DNA of 64,000 nucleotides from Escherichia coli (GTDB lineage Bacteria > Pseudomonadota > Gammaproteobacteria > Enterobacterales > Enterobacteriaceae). The translations under genes were made by a program, and so were the position numbers. Where the stretch lies: assembly GCF_050920415.1 (NCBI RefSeq), contig NZ_CP169309.1; one strand, written 5' to 3'. Shown piece after piece: positions 10,303-22,088 of this stretch. Each line of letters starts with the position of its first letter. Within the stretch, counting starts at the first letter, position 1. The notes beneath the pieces were generated by a model. That model was not told where the DNA came from. It made no database searches and was given only the letters and a program-made list of their open reading frames with translations.

Positions 10303-11988
10303 GTGAATATAAACGTCGCCGAATTGTTAAATGGGAATTACATTCTGTTATTATTTGTGGTCCTCGCGCTTGGGCTATGTCTCGGAAAGTTACGACTTGG
10401 TTCGATCCAACTGGGTAATTCCATTGGCGTTTTAGTCGTATCGCTGTTATTAGGCCAACAACATTTCAGCATTAACACCGATGCGCTTAATCTTGGCTTT
10501 ATGCTGTTTATTTTCTGCGTCGGGGTCGAAGCCGGACCGAACTTTTTTTCCATTTTTTTTCGCGATGGGAAAAATTACCTAATGTTAGCACTGGTGATGG
10601 TTGGCAGTGCGCTGGTGATCGCCTTAGGGTTAGGTAAGCTGTTTGGCTGGGATATTGGCCTGACGGCCGGTATGTTAGCAGGCTCTATGACGTCAACACC
10701 GGTTTTGGTCGGTGCTGGCGATACACTGCGTCATTCCGGCATGGAAAGCAGGCAGCTCTCACTGGCACTGGATAATCTGAGCCTCGGGTATGCCTTAACC
10801 TATTTAATCGGTCTGGTGAGTTTGATTGTTGGTGCGCGTTACTTGCCGAAATTGCAGCATCAGGACTTACAGACCAGCGCCCAGCAAATCGCCCGCGAAC
10901 GTGGCCTGGACACAGATGCCAACCGTAAGGTTTATTTGCCGGTGATCCGCGCCTACCGCGTCGGCCCGGAGCTGGTGGCCTGGACCGATGGCAAAAATCT
11001 GCGTGAACTGGGTATTTATCGGCAAACCGGCTGTTACATTGAACGTATTCGGCGTAACGGGATTCTGGCAAATCCAGACGGTGATGCCGTACTACAAATG
11101 GGCGATGAAATAGCGTTGGTAGGCTATCCCGACGCCCACGCCCGACTCGATCCCAGTTTCCGTAATGGCAAAGAAGTTTTCGATCGTGACCTTCTCGACA
11201 TGCGTATCGTCACTGAAGAAGTGGTCGTTAAAAACCATAACGCTGTAGGCAAACGTCTCGCACAACTGAAGTTGACCGATCACGGTTGCTTCCTTAACCG
11301 CGTCATTCGTAGCCAGATTGAGATGCCGATTGATGACAACGTCGTGCTTAACAAAGGTGACGTTTTACAAGTCAGCGGCGATGCCCGTCGCGTAAAAACC
11401 ATCGCCGATCGCATCGGCTTTATCTCGATTCACAGCCAGGTCACTGACTTGCTGGCATTCTGCGCCTTCTTTGTTATTGGGCTGATGATCGGGATGATCA
11501 CCTTCCAGTTCAGCACATTCAGTTTCGGCATGGGGAACGCTGCCGGGTTGTTATTCGCCGGAATTATGCTGGGCTTTATGCGCGCTAACCACCCGACCTT
11601 CGGTTACATTCCGCAGGGTGCATTAAGCATGGTGAAGGAGTTCGGCTTGATGGTGTTTATGGCAGGCGTTGGTCTGAGCGCTGGTAGCGGTATTAATAAC
11701 GGCCTGGGCGCGATTGGCGGTCAGATGTTGATTGCCGGATTGATTGTCAGTCTGGTGCCAGTGGTTATCTGCTTCTTGTTCGGTGCTTATGTATTGCGAA
11801 TGAACCGCGCACTGTTGTTCGGCGCAATGATGGGCGCACGCACCTGCGCGCCGGCAATGGAGATCATCAGTGATACAGCTCGCAGTAATATCCCGGCGCT
11901 GGGCTATGCGGGCACTTACGCAATCGCCAACGTCCTGCTGACGCTGGCAGGGACACTCATCGTCATGGTATGGCCAGGATTAGGATAA
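10303..11988 (+). CDS. ybjL: Putative AAE-family transporter YbjL (GTG start)
   Basis: 561-aa [14 protein letters not shown]; duplicated membrane domains flanking TrkA-C-like regions; matches recalled YbjL. Confidence 0.93.
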   Translation: MNINVAELLNGNYILLLFVVLALGLCLGKLRLGSIQLGNSIGVLVVSLLLGQQHFSINTDALNLGFMLFIFCVGVEAGPNFFSIFFRDGKNYLMLALVMVGSALVIALGLGKLFGWDIGLTAGMLAGSMTSTPVLVGAGDTLRHSGMESRQLSLALDNLSLGYALTYLIGLVSLIVGARYLPKLQHQDLQTSAQQIARERGLDTDANRKVYLPVIRAYRVGPELVAWTDGKNLRELGIYRQTGCYIERIRRNGILANPDGDAVLQMGDEIALVGYPDAHARLDPSFRNGKEVFDRDLLDMRIVTEEVVVKNHNAVGKRLAQLKLTDHGCFLNRVIRSQIEMPIDDNVVLNKGDVLQVSGDARRVKTIADRIGFISIHSQVTDLLAFCAFFVIGLMIGMITFQFSTFSFGMGNAAGLLFAGIMLGFMRANHPTFGYIPQGALSMVKEFGLMVFMAGVGLSAGSGINNGLGAIGGQMLIAGLIVSLVPVVICFLFGAYVLRMNRALLFGAMMGARTCAPAMEIISDTARSNIPALGYAGTYAIANVLLTLAGTLIVMVWPGLG

Positions 11989-12030
11989 AACTGAAGTTGC
12001 CCTGAAAATGAAATTTTTTTGCACAACCGC

Positions 12031-12060
12031 AGAACTTTTCCGCAGGGCATCAGTCTTAAT
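12031..12060 (+). promoter_or_regulatory. Sigma-E type promoter of rybB
   Basis: GAACTT (12032-12037), 16-bp spacer, TCTTA (12054-12058), about 7 nt before the RybB 5' end. Confidence 0.6.
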
Positions 12061-12064
12061 TAGT

Positions 12065-12143
12065 GCCACTGCTTTTCTTTGATGTCCCCATTTTGTGGAG
12101 CCCATCAACCCCGCCATTTTGGTTCAAGGTTGGTGGGTTTTTT
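12065..12143 (+). ncRNA. rybB: RybB small RNA (sigma-E dependent, Hfq-binding)
   Basis: GCCACTGCTTTTCTTTGATGTCCCCATTTTGTGGAGCCCATCAACCCCGCCATTTTGGTTCAAGGTTGGTGGGTTTTTT matches recalled RybB almost exactly, including the terminator hairpin and U-run; lies in the ybjL-rcdA intergenic region as in K-12. Confidence 0.85.
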
Positions 12144-12162
12144 GTTATCTAAAATTTATCTA

Positions 12163-12699
12163 CTACCCTGCAACCCTCTCAACCATCCTCAAAATCTCCT
12201 CGCGCGATAGCGGCTTACGGTCGGTGACAAAATGCAGCGTCATCCCCTCAATAAACGCATCAAGCGCGCGGGCGGTTCCGGGTTCAAACCATTGTTCGAG
12301 CGTTTGCTGACTGCGCTGCATCCAGTTTTGCATTACCGTTTTTAATAGCGGTTTTCGGCTAGCCAGCGCGTAGAGCTGGTACATCAGCTCCATGTTATCC
12401 GGCGTTGCAACCTGTGAGCTGTAGATCATATCGGTGATAGCCTGGCATGCGCCCGGAGCATCACTAACATCGCTAAAAAATGCCTGATATTGCCGGGACA
12501 TGATCTCAGTAAAACTGCTGAACGCCTCCAGCAACAACTCATCAATTCCTGAAAAATAGTAGGTCATCGACCCCAACGGTACCCCGGCAAGGGTAGCAAT
12601 TTTGCGGTGCGTAACGGCATGTATTCCGTAAAGTTTCACCGCCTCCAGCGTGGCCTGGATAATTTTTTCTCGCCGTTGCGGATCGTTAGCGCGACGCAT
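12163..12699 (-). CDS. rcdA: TetR-family transcriptional regulator RcdA (YbjK)
   Basis: Internal start [13 protein letters not shown] gives 178 aa; TetR HTH region; the track ORF is 10 codons longer. Confidence 0.9.
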
Positions 12700-12782
12700 G
12701 TCATTTCCTCTCTCTGCAATTGTGTACAAATGTACACAACCTTGCTAATGTTGTCTTCCCTCTTCTTATTTTGACGTGATCT

Positions 12783-13991
12783 ATGACCGTAAATTCTTCA
12801 CGTAATGCATTGAAACGCCGAACCTGGGCGCTGTTTATGTTCTTCTTTTTGCCGGGCCTGTTAATGGCGTCCTGGGCAACTCGTACACCTGCTATCCGCG
12901 ATATTCTTTCTGTTTCGATCGCTGAAATGGGCGGAGTCCTCTTTGGTCTGTCGATCGGTTCAATGAGCGGTATTCTCTGCTCGGCGTGGTTAGTGAAACG
13001 CTTTGGGACGCGTAATGTCATCCTGGTCACGATGTCCTGCGCATTGCTCGGGATGATGATATTAAGCCTGGCGCTCTGGCTGACATCGCCCGTGCTCTTT
13101 GCCGTTGGTCTCGGCGTCTTTGGGGCTAGTTTTGGTTCTGCAGAGGTGGCGATAAACGTTGAGGGTGCCGCCGTTGAGCGAGAAATGAATAAAACGGTTT
13201 TACCGATGATGCACGGTTTTTATAGCCTGGGCACGCTGGCAGGCGCTGGTGTCGGGATGGCACTGACGGCCTTTGGCGTTCCGGCAACGGTGCATATTTT
13301 ATTGGCGGCACTGGTAGGCATCGCGCCTATTTATATTGCTATTCAGGCAATACCTGACGGTACTGGCAAAAATGCTGCCGATGGCACGCAGCATGGCGAA
13401 AAAGGTGTACCTTTTTATCGCGATATCCAGTTGCTGCTGATTGGTGTCGTGGTTCTGGCGATGGCCTTTGCCGAAGGTTCTGCCAACGACTGGTTACCCT
13501 TATTAATGGTTGACGGTCACGGTTTTAGCCCCACTTCCGGCTCGCTGATTTATGCCGGTTTTACCCTGGGGATGACCGTTGGACGCTTCACCGGCGGTTG
13601 GTTCATCGACCGTTACAGTCGCGTTGCCGTGGTACGGACCAGTGCACTAATGGGAGCGTTGGGTATTGGGCTGATTATTTTTGTCGATAGCGCCTGGGTC
13701 GCTGGGGTCTCTGTTGTACTTTGGGGACTGGGTGCCTCGCTGGGCTTCCCACTGACCATTTCTGCCGCCAGCGATACCGGCCCCGATGCACCGACCCGCG
13801 TCAGCGTGGTAGCAACGACCGGTTATCTGGCTTTCCTCGTCGGGCCGCCGCTGCTGGGCTATCTCGGCGAACATTATGGATTACGTAGTGCAATGCTGGT
13901 TGTACTGGCGCTGGTTATTCTTGCGGCTATTGTCGCGAAAGCCGTCGCCAAACCCAATACCAAAACGCAGACGGCGATGGAGAATAGTTGA
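12783..13991 (+). CDS. ybjJ: MFS transporter YbjJ
   Basis: 402-aa 12-TM-like ORF; synteny and recalled sequence. Confidence 0.9.
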   Translation: MTVNSSRNALKRRTWALFMFFFLPGLLMASWATRTPAIRDILSVSIAEMGGVLFGLSIGSMSGILCSAWLVKRFGTRNVILVTMSCALLGMMILSLALWLTSPVLFAVGLGVFGASFGSAEVAINVEGAAVEREMNKTVLPMMHGFYSLGTLAGAGVGMALTAFGVPATVHILLAALVGIAPIYIAIQAIPDGTGKNAADGTQHGEKGVPFYRDIQLLLIGVVVLAMAFAEGSANDWLPLLMVDGHGFSPTSGSLIYAGFTLGMTVGRFTGGWFIDRYSRVAVVRTSALMGALGIGLIIFVDSAWVAGVSVVLWGLGASLGFPLTISAASDTGPDAPTRVSVVATTGYLAFLVGPPLLGYLGEHYGLRSAMLVVLALVILAAIVAKAVAKPNTKTQTAMENS

Positions 13992-14806
13992 TGAGCATTA
14001 AATTAATTGCGGTAGACATGGATGGTACTTTCTTAAGCGATCAAAAAACCTATAACCGTGAGCGGTTTATGGCTCAGTATCAGCAGATGAAAGCACAAGG
14101 CATTCGCTTTGTGGTCGCCAGCGGGAATCAATATTATCAGTTGATCTCTTTCTTCCCTGAAATTGCTAATGAAATTGCCTTTGTGGCAGAAAACGGCGGT
14201 TGGGTTGTAAGCGAAGGCAAAGATGTTTTTAATGGCGAGCTGTCGAAGGATGCGTTTGCTACTGTGGTGGAACATTTACTGACGCGCCCAGAAGTGGAAA
14301 TTATTGCCTGCGGAAAAAATAGCGCCTATACCCTCAAAAAATATGACGATGCCATGAAAACGGTGGCGGAAATGTATTATCACCGTCTGGAATACGTCGA
14401 TAACTTTGATAATTTAGAAGATATCTTCTTTAAGTTTGGCCTGAATCTTTCCGATGAACTGATACCACAAGTGCAAAAAGCATTACATGAGACCATCGGC
14501 GATATTATGGTGCCGGTCCACACCGGCAACGGCAGCATCGATCTGATTATCCCCGGCGTACATAAAGCGAATGGCCTGCGCCAACTTCAGAAATTATGGG
14601 GAATAGACGACAGCGAAGTGGTGGTCTTCGGCGATGGTGGTAACGATATTGAGATGCTGCGTCAGGCAGGCTTTAGTTTTGCGATGGAAAATGCCGGCAG
14701 CGCGGTCGTCGCAGCGGCAAAATACCGGGCAGGCTCCAATAATCATGAAGGTGTACTGGATGTGATCGATAAAGTTCTTAAACACGAAGCGCCTTTTGAT
14801 CAATAA
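13991..14806 (+). CDS. ybjI: HAD-family (Cof-type) phosphatase YbjI
   Basis: Start [15 protein letters not shown] (DxDGT motif) overlapping the ybjJ stop; 271 aa. Confidence 0.9.
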   Translation: MSIKLIAVDMDGTFLSDQKTYNRERFMAQYQQMKAQGIRFVVASGNQYYQLISFFPEIANEIAFVAENGGWVVSEGKDVFNGELSKDAFATVVEHLLTRPEVEIIACGKNSAYTLKKYDDAMKTVAEMYYHRLEYVDNFDNLEDIFFKFGLNLSDELIPQVQKALHETIGDIMVPVHTGNGSIDLIIPGVHKANGLRQLQKLWGIDDSEVVVFGDGGNDIEMLRQAGFSFAMENAGSAVVAAAKYRAGSNNHEGVLDVIDKVLKHEAPFDQ

Positions 14807-14891
14807 AAACGGTAGCACGCCCGGCAACACAAAGCCTGAATGAAGGCTGCATAATTCGCAGAAATTAACCCGCTGCATTATTTCAGGCGAA

Positions 14892-15176
14892 ATGATTATG
14901 AGAAATTGTCTACTGTTGGGCGCGCTTTTAATGGGCTTTACTGGTGTGGCGATGGCGCAAAGTGTCACCGTCGATGTGCCGAGTGGATACAAAGTGGTTG
15001 TGGTCCCTGATTCAGTCAGCGTTCCACAAGCAGTCAGCGTCGCGACTGTGCCGCAAACCGTCTATGTGGCTCCTGCGCCAGCTCCGGCTTACCGCCCGCA
15101 TCCGTATGTTCGCCATCTTGCCAGCGTAGGTGAAGGGATGGTTATCGAACACCAGATTGATGACCATCACCATTAA
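14892..15176 (+). CDS. ybjH: Secreted small protein YbjH
   Basis: 94-aa ORF with signal peptide and C-terminal DDHHH; matches recalled YbjH. Confidence 0.85.
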   Translation: MIMRNCLLLGALLMGFTGVAMAQSVTVDVPSGYKVVVVPDSVSVPQAVSVATVPQTVYVAPAPAPAYRPHPYVRHLASVGEGMVIEHQIDDHHH

Positions 15177-15185
15177 TTTGAAAAT

Positions 15186-15218
15186 GCCTGATTGCTTTGC
15201 GCAATCAGGAATTTTTTT
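15186..15218 (+). terminator. Rho-independent terminator after ybjH (convergent with mdfA)
   Basis: Hairpin CCTGATTGCTTTGCGCAATCAGG followed by AATTTTTTT. Confidence 0.5.
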
Positions 15219-16449
15219 ACCCTTCGTGCGAATTTCCCATCTGTTTATCTTTTAAAAAGATAACCATCAGCAGCAGCCACAAAATCCCGTTGGCAAGGTT
15301 GAAGAGATTAAACAGGCCGTTGCCCCCATTCAGCCAGGCATGTTTGCTGATTTCAATACCGACGGTAAAAATAAGCATTTGCAACATTCCCATCGCCGCA
15401 GAAACCGTACCTTTACTCATATCGCTGGCAAACAGGGTCAATCGCACCAATCCCGCATTCGCCAGGCCAATACCGAAAGCATAAATACTTAACCCGGCGG
15501 TCATCCACAAATACGCGTGCGATGAGATAACCGTTGCCGCAGCAGCGACCAATAGGCCAATCATAATCGGCCAGCCGCCCATAATAATCAATGAACGTAC
15601 GGTGCGGCGCGAGGTCAGACGCGCTAGCAGCAAGTTACCCGCAATTAATGCCCCGAAAATAGGCACTTGCAGCAAGCCATATTCATAGCTACTCAACTGC
15701 TCGCCGGTAATGATGATAATCGGCGACTGGGCGATCCACGCCAGCAACGGCAGGCTAACAAATCCCAGCGCCAGTGCCCCTGCCACAAAGCGACCGTTCT
15801 TCAGCACCAGCTTATAGTCACGACCGAGTTCTTTCAGCGACAGTTTCTCGCCTATACGCGTGGCGGTTTCAGGCATGGCTCGTTGCAGACCGAAAAAGGA
15901 GATCGCTGCCAATGAGGCAAACAAGACGAACATCCCTTCCCAGGGCAGCACATGGATCCACGCCGCGCCCACCAGCGGACCAAGTAGCGGAGCAATCAGC
16001 GCCACGTTCGCCATCAGCGCGGTGATCTTGATACAAACCGCCTCTTCGAAGGACTCCTGAATTGCGGCGTAACCCACAGCGCCAATGAAACAGAGGCTTA
16101 TGCCCTGCAAGAAGCGCAACAGCGTGAATTGTTCAATGTTTTGCGCCAGTAATATCGCCAGACAAGTGATGATAAACCACACTACTCCCGCCAGCATCAC
16201 CGGACGGCGACCAATACGATCCGACAGTGGTCCCAGCAGCCACTGTAAAAACATCCCGCCCGCCAGATACGCGGTCATCGAAGTAGGAACCCAATCAATG
16301 CCCGCCTGATATTGTTCCACCACGGCCAACATACCGGGTTGAATCATATCGTTGCCGATATAGGTTGAAAATTCGTAAAGCACCAGACAGAGAGGGAAAA
16401 GTAACGCCTGACGTCCAAGCCTGGCACCGGAAGCTAATCTATTTTGCAT
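15217..16449 (-). CDS. mdfA: Multidrug efflux MFS transporter MdfA (Cmr)
   Basis: Internal start [14 protein letters not shown] gives 410 aa matching recalled MdfA. Confidence 0.94.
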   Translation of the reverse strand: MQNRLASGARLGRQALLFPLCLVLYEFSTYIGNDMIQPGMLAVVEQYQAGIDWVPTSMTAYLAGGMFLQWLLGPLSDRIGRRPVMLAGVVWFIITCLAILLAQNIEQFTLLRFLQGISLCFIGAVGYAAIQESFEEAVCIKITALMANVALIAPLLGPLVGAAWIHVLPWEGMFVLFASLAAISFFGLQRAMPETATRIGEKLSLKELGRDYKLVLKNGRFVAGALALGFVSLPLLAWIAQSPIIIITGEQLSSYEYGLLQVPIFGALIAGNLLLARLTSRRTVRSLIIMGGWPIMIGLLVAAAATVISSHAYLWMTAGLSIYAFGIGLANAGLVRLTLFASDMSKGTVSAAMGMLQMLIFTVGIEISKHAWLNGGNGLFNLFNLANGILWLLLMVIFLKDKQMGNSHEG

Positions 16450-16734
16450 GCAATTTCTTCGCCAATAATAATCGCGCAAAGTTTAATAAAAGCGCAGCTA
16501 ACGAGAAAGCGAATTTTGTAGCTGAAACTTCGGTTAAGCACATTCTTACATTATTGCGAGTATAGCTACGCTTTCTTTAAGTTTTATTTAACCTATGCTC
16601 GTTACAATCACCCACCGTAAACAGGGCCGCTTGAGGGAAATAAGACGATGCCGCTTTACCCAGTTTAACCTGCACTTTATTCTCAACGACTTGCCTGTAT
16701 TGGCTCCCTTTTAATCACTTTGCGTCGGGAAGTT

Positions 16735-17331
16735 ATGCTGGAAAATTTGAATCTCTCTCTATTCTCTCTTATTAACGCGACGCCAGACTCGGCTCCGTGG
16801 ATGATCTCGTTGGCGATTTTTATTGCTAAAGATTTGATTACCGTGGTGCCGCTGCTGGCCGCAGTACTTTGGTTGTGGGGGCTTACAGCACAACGGCAAC
16901 TGGTGATAAAAATCGCTATCGCGCTGGCGGTCAGCCTGTTAGTGTCCTGGACGATGGGGCATCTTTTCCCACACGACCGACCCTTTGTCGAGAATATCGG
17001 CTATAACTTCCTGCATCATGCGGCGGATGACTCATTCCCGAGCGATCATGGTACGGTAATTTTCACCTTTGCACTGGCATTTTTATGCTGGCATCGCCTG
17101 TGGTCCGGTTCCCTTTTAATGGTACTGGCTGTTGTCATTGCCTGGTCGCGCGTTTATCTTGGCGTGCACTGGCCGCTGGATATGCTCGGTGGATTGCTGG
17201 CAGGTATGATTGGCTGCCTTAGCGCTCAGATTATCTGGCAAGCGATAGGGCATAAACTCTATCAACGTCTGCAATCATGGTATCGCTTCTGTTTTGCATT
17301 ACCGATCCGCAAAGGCTGGGTGCGTGACTGA
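16735..17331 (+). CDS. ybjG: Undecaprenyl-diphosphate phosphatase YbjG (PAP2 family)
   Basis: Start MLENLNLSLFSL; PAP2 motifs PSDHG and SRVYLGVHW. Confidence 0.9.
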   Translation: MLENLNLSLFSLINATPDSAPWMISLAIFIAKDLITVVPLLAAVLWLWGLTAQRQLVIKIAIALAVSLLVSWTMGHLFPHDRPFVENIGYNFLHHAADDSFPSDHGTVIFTFALAFLCWHRLWSGSLLMVLAVVIAWSRVYLGVHWPLDMLGGLLAGMIGCLSAQIIWQAIGHKLYQRLQSWYRFCFALPIRKGWVRD

Positions 17332-17388
17332 TCTCTGCTAAAAAGTGTAGTATTGAGCGGCTCGCTTCAATAACTATTCAGAGGGATT

Positions 17389-18147
17389 ATGGAAACACGT
17401 CGCGAAGAGCGTATCGGGCAACTGCTGCAAGAATTAAAACGCAGCGATAAGTTACATCTTAAAGACGCCGCCGCCCTGCTTGGGGTTTCGGAGATGACGA
17501 TTCGTCGCGATCTGAACAACCACAGCGCCCCCGTCGTTTTGCTTGGCGGCTATATTGTTCTGGAACCGCGCAGCGCCAGCCATTACCTGTTAAGCGATCA
17601 AAAATCCCGTCTGGTAGAGGAAAAACGCCGGGCGGCAAAACTGGCTGCGACGCTGGTAGAACCCGATCAGACCCTCTTTTTTGACTGTGGCACCACCACA
17701 CCGTGGATTATTGAAGCGATTGATAATGAAATCCCTTTTACCGCCATTTGTTATTCGCTAAATACCTTTCTGGCACTGAAAGAGAAACCTCATTGCCGCG
17801 CGTTTCTTTGCGGTGGTGAATTTCACGCCAGCAACGCCATTTTCAAACCCATCGATTTTCAGCAAACGCTGAATAATTTTTGCCCGGATATCGCTTTTTA
17901 TTCCGCGGCGGGGGTGCATGTCAGTAAGGGCGCTACCTGTTTTAATCTTGAAGAGTTGCCGGTAAAACACTGGGCCATGTCGATGGCGCAAAAGCATGTG
18001 CTGGTTGTCGACCACAGTAAATTTGGCAAGGTGCGTCCGGCACGCATGGGTGACCTGAAACGCTTTGATATTGTGGTGAGCGATTGTTGCCCGGAAGATG
18101 AGTATGTGAAGTACGCGCAGACGCAGCGTATTAAGTTGATGTATTAA
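17389..18147 (+). CDS. deoR: Deoxyribose operon repressor DeoR
   Basis: 252-aa ORF METRREERIGQLLQ with HTH; matches recalled DeoR. Confidence 0.95.
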   Translation: METRREERIGQLLQELKRSDKLHLKDAAALLGVSEMTIRRDLNNHSAPVVLLGGYIVLEPRSASHYLLSDQKSRLVEEKRRAAKLAATLVEPDQTLFFDCGTTTPWIIEAIDNEIPFTAICYSLNTFLALKEKPHCRAFLCGGEFHASNAIFKPIDFQQTLNNFCPDIAFYSAAGVHVSKGATCFNLEELPVKHWAMSMAQKHVLVVDHSKFGKVRPARMGDLKRFDIVVSDCCPEDEYVKYAQTQRIKLMY

Positions 18148-18194
18148 TGATGCATAACCGGATGACGTTTCCACGCCATCCGGTTATCACAAAA

Positions 18195-19397
18195 TTATGA
18201 GAACCAGCTGCCGAACCACTGATGGAATTTCATCATCACGAAATCCCACATCCGACCAAAGAATCCACCCTCTTCCACATTTTCCATCACGATCAGCGGA
18301 CGCTGTTCAATGGATTTACCGTTAAGCTGGAAATCAATGGTGCCGACAACCTGACCTTTTTTCAGCGGTGCGGTAAGCTGCGGTTCCGTTAATGTATAAC
18401 TCGCTTTCAGGTTTTTCAGCTGCCCACGCGGTATGGTCACGGATCCCGCTTCGCCTGCCCCGAGATTCACTTCGCTCTTATCACCAAACCAGACGCGCTG
18501 AGTCACAAAGGTGGCATCAGGTTTAATTGGCGTCACGGTTTCAAAGAAGCGGAAACCCCAGGTCAATAATTTCTCAGACTCATTAAAACGGATACGGTCA
18601 GTTTTCGCCCCCAGCACTACGGAGATTAAACGCATATCGCCCTGGGTAGCCGAAGCAACCAGATTATATCCCGCGCCTGCCGTGGTTCCTGTCTTCATGC
18701 CATCAACATTCAGATTGCTGCTCCATAGCAGACGGTTACGGTTAGGCTGACGAATTTTGTTGAAGGTGAACTCTTTCTCTTTATGAATGGCGTACTCTTC
18801 TGGCACATCGTGGATCAATGCTTTACCCAGCAATGCCATATCGCGCGCGGTACTGAACTGCCCCGGCGCATCCAGACCGTGCACCGTCTGGAAGGTCGTG
18901 TTGGTCAGCCCCAGTTTTTTGGCATAACCATTCATCAAACCAATAAATGACTCCTGGCTCCCGGCAACGTAATCAGCCAGCGCAATACAGGCGTCATTAC
19001 CGGACTGGATAATCACGCCTTTGTTCAAGTCTGCCACCGAAACCTGATCGCCTGGTTTGAGGAACATTACCGACGAACCACGCAGTGCCGGGTTTCCCGT
19101 CGCCCAGGCATCTTTACCGACCGTCACCATATCGGTGAGTTTAATCTTATCGGCCTTAAGCGCCTGCCCAACCACATAGCTGGTCATGATTTTAGTCAGG
19201 CTCGCGGGGTCCAGTTTCTCATCCGCATTGCCTTCTGCCAGCACTTTACCGCTGGCGTAATCCATTAAAATCCATGCACGCGCATCCACGCTCGGCGCTT
19301 CAACGGTTTGTTCCGCCGCGAATGCCGTTGGGGCAAAAAGGAATAAAAATGCAGAACCCGCTGCAAGACCACGAAGGAGAGAGGAGTATTGCGTCAT
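18195..19397 (-). CDS. dacC: D-alanyl-D-alanine carboxypeptidase DacC (PBP6)
   Basis: Internal start [10 protein letters not shown] gives 400 aa; SxxK, SGN and KTG motifs. Confidence 0.94.
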   Translation of the reverse strand: MTQYSSLLRGLAAGSAFLFLFAPTAFAAEQTVEAPSVDARAWILMDYASGKVLAEGNADEKLDPASLTKIMTSYVVGQALKADKIKLTDMVTVGKDAWATGNPALRGSSVMFLKPGDQVSVADLNKGVIIQSGNDACIALADYVAGSQESFIGLMNGYAKKLGLTNTTFQTVHGLDAPGQFSTARDMALLGKALIHDVPEEYAIHKEKEFTFNKIRQPNRNRLLWSSNLNVDGMKTGTTAGAGYNLVASATQGDMRLISVVLGAKTDRIRFNESEKLLTWGFRFFETVTPIKPDATFVTQRVWFGDKSEVNLGAGEAGSVTIPRGQLKNLKASYTLTEPQLTAPLKKGQVVGTIDFQLNGKSIEQRPLIVMENVEEGGFFGRMWDFVMMKFHQWFGSWFS

Positions 19398-19643
19398 AAA
19401 TGCCACCCGAGTATCCATTCAAAAAAAATACGTTATATCGCCGTATGATAAGTTCGGTGATTAATAACGCACACACAAACTTAAAGAAACCGTAAGTTGG
19501 TAAAGTTTTTAAAGTTTATGCAATATCCTGCCGCTTCGCTGCTTCTGCCGTCATTTTTTTGCCAGCTGTTGCTTAAAAGTTAACTTTACTTCACCATCAA
19601 AGTCCTGTTCAGCCTGTGGCTGCCTGTCGGAAAAGGGGTAAGT

Positions 19644-20270
19644 ATGATTACGCTGTGGGGTCGGAATAATTCAACCAACGTAAAAAAAGTATTGCTGACG
19701 CTCGAAGAACTGGAACTACCTTATGAGCAAATTCTCGCGGGCCGTGAGTTTGGGGTAAACCACGATGCTGATTTTCTGGCGATGAACCCTAACGGGCTGG
19801 TGCCGTTGTTGCGTGACGACGAAAGTGATCTCATCCTTTGGGAATCAAATGCCATTGTCCGCTATCTGGCGGCACAGTATGGGCAAAACCGCCTGTGGAT
19901 CGACTCACCGGCACGCCGTGCAGAAGCGGAAAAATGGATGGACTGGGCAAACCAGACGCTCAGTAATGCCCATCGCGGGATCCTGATGGGATTGGTCAGA
20001 ACCCCCCCCGAAGAGCGCGATCAGGCCGCCATTGATGCCAGTTGCAAAGAGTGCGACGCCCTGTTTGCCCTGCTCGATGCGGAACTGGCAAAAGTAAAAT
20101 GGTTCTCTGGCGACGAGTTTGGTGTGGGCGATATCGCCATCGCACCGTTCATCTACAATTTGTTTAATGTTGGCCTGACCTGGACACCGCGTCCAAATCT
20201 GCAACGCTGGTATCAGCAACTCACTGAACGCCCCGCAGTGCGCAAAGTGGTGATGATCCCCGTGAGCTAA
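19644..20270 (+). CDS. gstB: Glutathione S-transferase GstB (YliJ)
   Basis: 208-aa [16 protein letters not shown] matching recalled GstB. Confidence 0.93.
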   Translation: MITLWGRNNSTNVKKVLLTLEELELPYEQILAGREFGVNHDADFLAMNPNGLVPLLRDDESDLILWESNAIVRYLAAQYGQNRLWIDSPARRAEAEKWMDWANQTLSNAHRGILMGLVRTPPEERDQAAIDASCKECDALFALLDAELAKVKWFSGDEFGVGDIAIAPFIYNLFNVGLTWTPRPNLQRWYQQLTERPAVRKVVMIPVS

Positions 20271-21382
20271 TTGCGTGAACTAACTTTGAGTAATTCCCCA
20301 CTGGACTCGTCGGTGAGAACGTATAAATAACCGTCGGGTCCAGTGCGAACATCACGAATTCGTTGCCCTCTGTCCGTTAAAATACGGCCATCTTCTGTCA
20401 CTTCGTCGCCGTTGACGCTCATCACAATGACATCTTTATCTTTCAGAGCGCCAATAAATAATTTTTGCTGCCACTGGGGGAATTTGTCGCTGTTATAGAA
20501 GGTCATACCGCTCACGGCAGGCGAATCTTTCCAGTAAAAAACAGGTTGCTCAGTCCCGGTGACGATCTCCCCTTTCGCTTCCGGTATCTTAAATCCCGAA
20601 TAGTTGATTCCCCAGGTTGCCAGCGGCCAGCCGTAGTTTTTGCCTTTTTGCGGCATATTAATTTCATCACCACCGCGGGGGCCATGTTCATTTAGCCACA
20701 GTGCATTACTCCACGGATTCATCGCCATTCCTTGCGGGTTACGAATACCATAAGACCAGATCTCGGCGCGCGCACCGGATCTCCTGGCAAAAGGATTATC
20801 ATCCGGGATCTCGCCCTGGTCAGTAAGACGCACCAGTTTGCCCTGTAATTTATCCAGATCCTGCGCCGTCGGGCGCTGATTGTTTTCGCCCAGAGCAATA
20901 AAAAGATAACCTTTACCGTCGAATACCAGCCGCCCGCCAAAATGGTTGCCGGTAGACAGTTTTGGCATCTGGCGAAAGACGGTGCGGAAGTCGGTCACTT
21001 TTGAGAGATCATCACTTAAGCGGCCATAACCCACAGCAGTTCCGGCTTTGCCATCATCGCCAACTTCGGAATAACTTAACCAGATGCGGCGCGACTGGGC
21101 AAAATCAGGCGCTAAAACCACGTCCAGCAGACCGCCCTGCCCGTGCGCCCAAACGTCCGGCACTCCGGAAAGCGGCGCAGATAATCCTTTTCCTGCTTGC
21201 CAGTGACGCAACTCGCCGCCGCGCAGAGTGATTAACATACCGTGATTATCGGGTAAAAAGGCCAGCGCCCAAGGGTGATCGAGTTTGTCTTGCAGTACTT
21301 CGACATTTACCGTTGCAGGAGCTGCCCAGAGAGCAGAAGAAAGACAGATAAGGGGCACAAGGAAAAAGGATTGTCTCTGCAT
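20267..21382 (-). CDS. yliI: Soluble PQQ-dependent aldose sugar dehydrogenase YliI
   Basis: 371-aa ORF with signal peptide; matches recalled YliI; its stop overlaps the gstB stop on the opposite strand. Confidence 0.93.
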   Translation of the reverse strand: MQRQSFFLVPLICLSSALWAAPATVNVEVLQDKLDHPWALAFLPDNHGMLITLRGGELRHWQAGKGLSAPLSGVPDVWAHGQGGLLDVVLAPDFAQSRRIWLSYSEVGDDGKAGTAVGYGRLSDDLSKVTDFRTVFRQMPKLSTGNHFGGRLVFDGKGYLFIALGENNQRPTAQDLDKLQGKLVRLTDQGEIPDDNPFARRSGARAEIWSYGIRNPQGMAMNPWSNALWLNEHGPRGGDEINMPQKGKNYGWPLATWGINYSGFKIPEAKGEIVTGTEQPVFYWKDSPAVSGMTFYNSDKFPQWQQKLFIGALKDKDVIVMSVNGDEVTEDGRILTDRGQRIRDVRTGPDGYLYVLTDESSGELLKVSSRN

Positions 21383-21454
21383 AACGCCTCCAGATTGACT
21401 CTGGCTTAAAGCGTAGTCAGTGGAGGAGATAACAAATTCATTTTTACAAAAACT

Positions 21455-21490
21455 TAAACATGAAGGGGGAGACGCTTTCTCCCCCTTAGT
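21455..21490 (-). terminator. Putative terminator downstream of bssR
   Basis: Hairpin AAGGGGGAGACGCTTTCTCCCCCTT with a T-rich tail on the minus strand. Confidence 0.45.
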
Positions 21491-21492
21491 TT

Positions 21493-21876
21493 TCAGGCCT
21501 TCTCAAGCATGGCGTGCTTCTGCAGGCTCTGGATACTCAGCGTTAAGCTCATCAGACAATTTTCAAGCTTATCGGCGTTGACGGTAATAACAGTCGGGCA
21601 ATCATGGTGCCCACTCATCAAACATACTGCGGCTGTCGCTAATGCTTCTTCAGCATGATGAAGAGCACTCCACTCTTCCTGATCCAGATGAAGATTCAAC
21701 CGCAGCGATTTATCGTGCAGTTCGCGATTCAGTTTAAAAAAGTTATCTCGTAGATGATTGCTTTCGCTGACGGACATGTATCCTTTTGCCTTCCTCAGTT
21801 GCACGTATGCAGCGAGGTCAACGCGTGCGTCGATCAACCGGTTCAGCAGATCGATTCGCTGTCTGTCAACGAACAT
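21493..21876 (-). CDS. bssR: Biofilm regulator BssR (YliH)
   Basis: Internal start MFVDRQRIDLL gives 127 aa matching recalled BssR. Confidence 0.9.
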   Translation of the reverse strand: MFVDRQRIDLLNRLIDARVDLAAYVQLRKAKGYMSVSESNHLRDNFFKLNRELHDKSLRLNLHLDQEEWSALHHAEEALATAAVCLMSGHHDCPTVITVNADKLENCLMSLTLSIQSLQKHAMLEKA

Positions 21877-22088
21877 ACTTCGATCCTCCTCTTTCCAGCC
21901 TTGTTGCAATTAAATAGTATGGCTATTTATTGAGCAAAATGCTGTCCAGGATCAATTCTTCACCCCGAATTAACAAAATTTACATTTCCTTCGCCTCCGC
22001 CAGCGAATGAGATTGCGATACAAATTTTATCCAGAACTCTGTAGAATCCCTGCCCTGACCTTTCCTGTAACTGAATATTTTTTAAGCT

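Noticed and set aside
18150-18192. Rho-independent terminator between deoR and dacC
   Set aside because: A palindrome is present (ATAACCGGATG...CATCCGGTTAT) but has no adjacent T-run on either strand; more likely a REP-like element, so not listed as a terminator.
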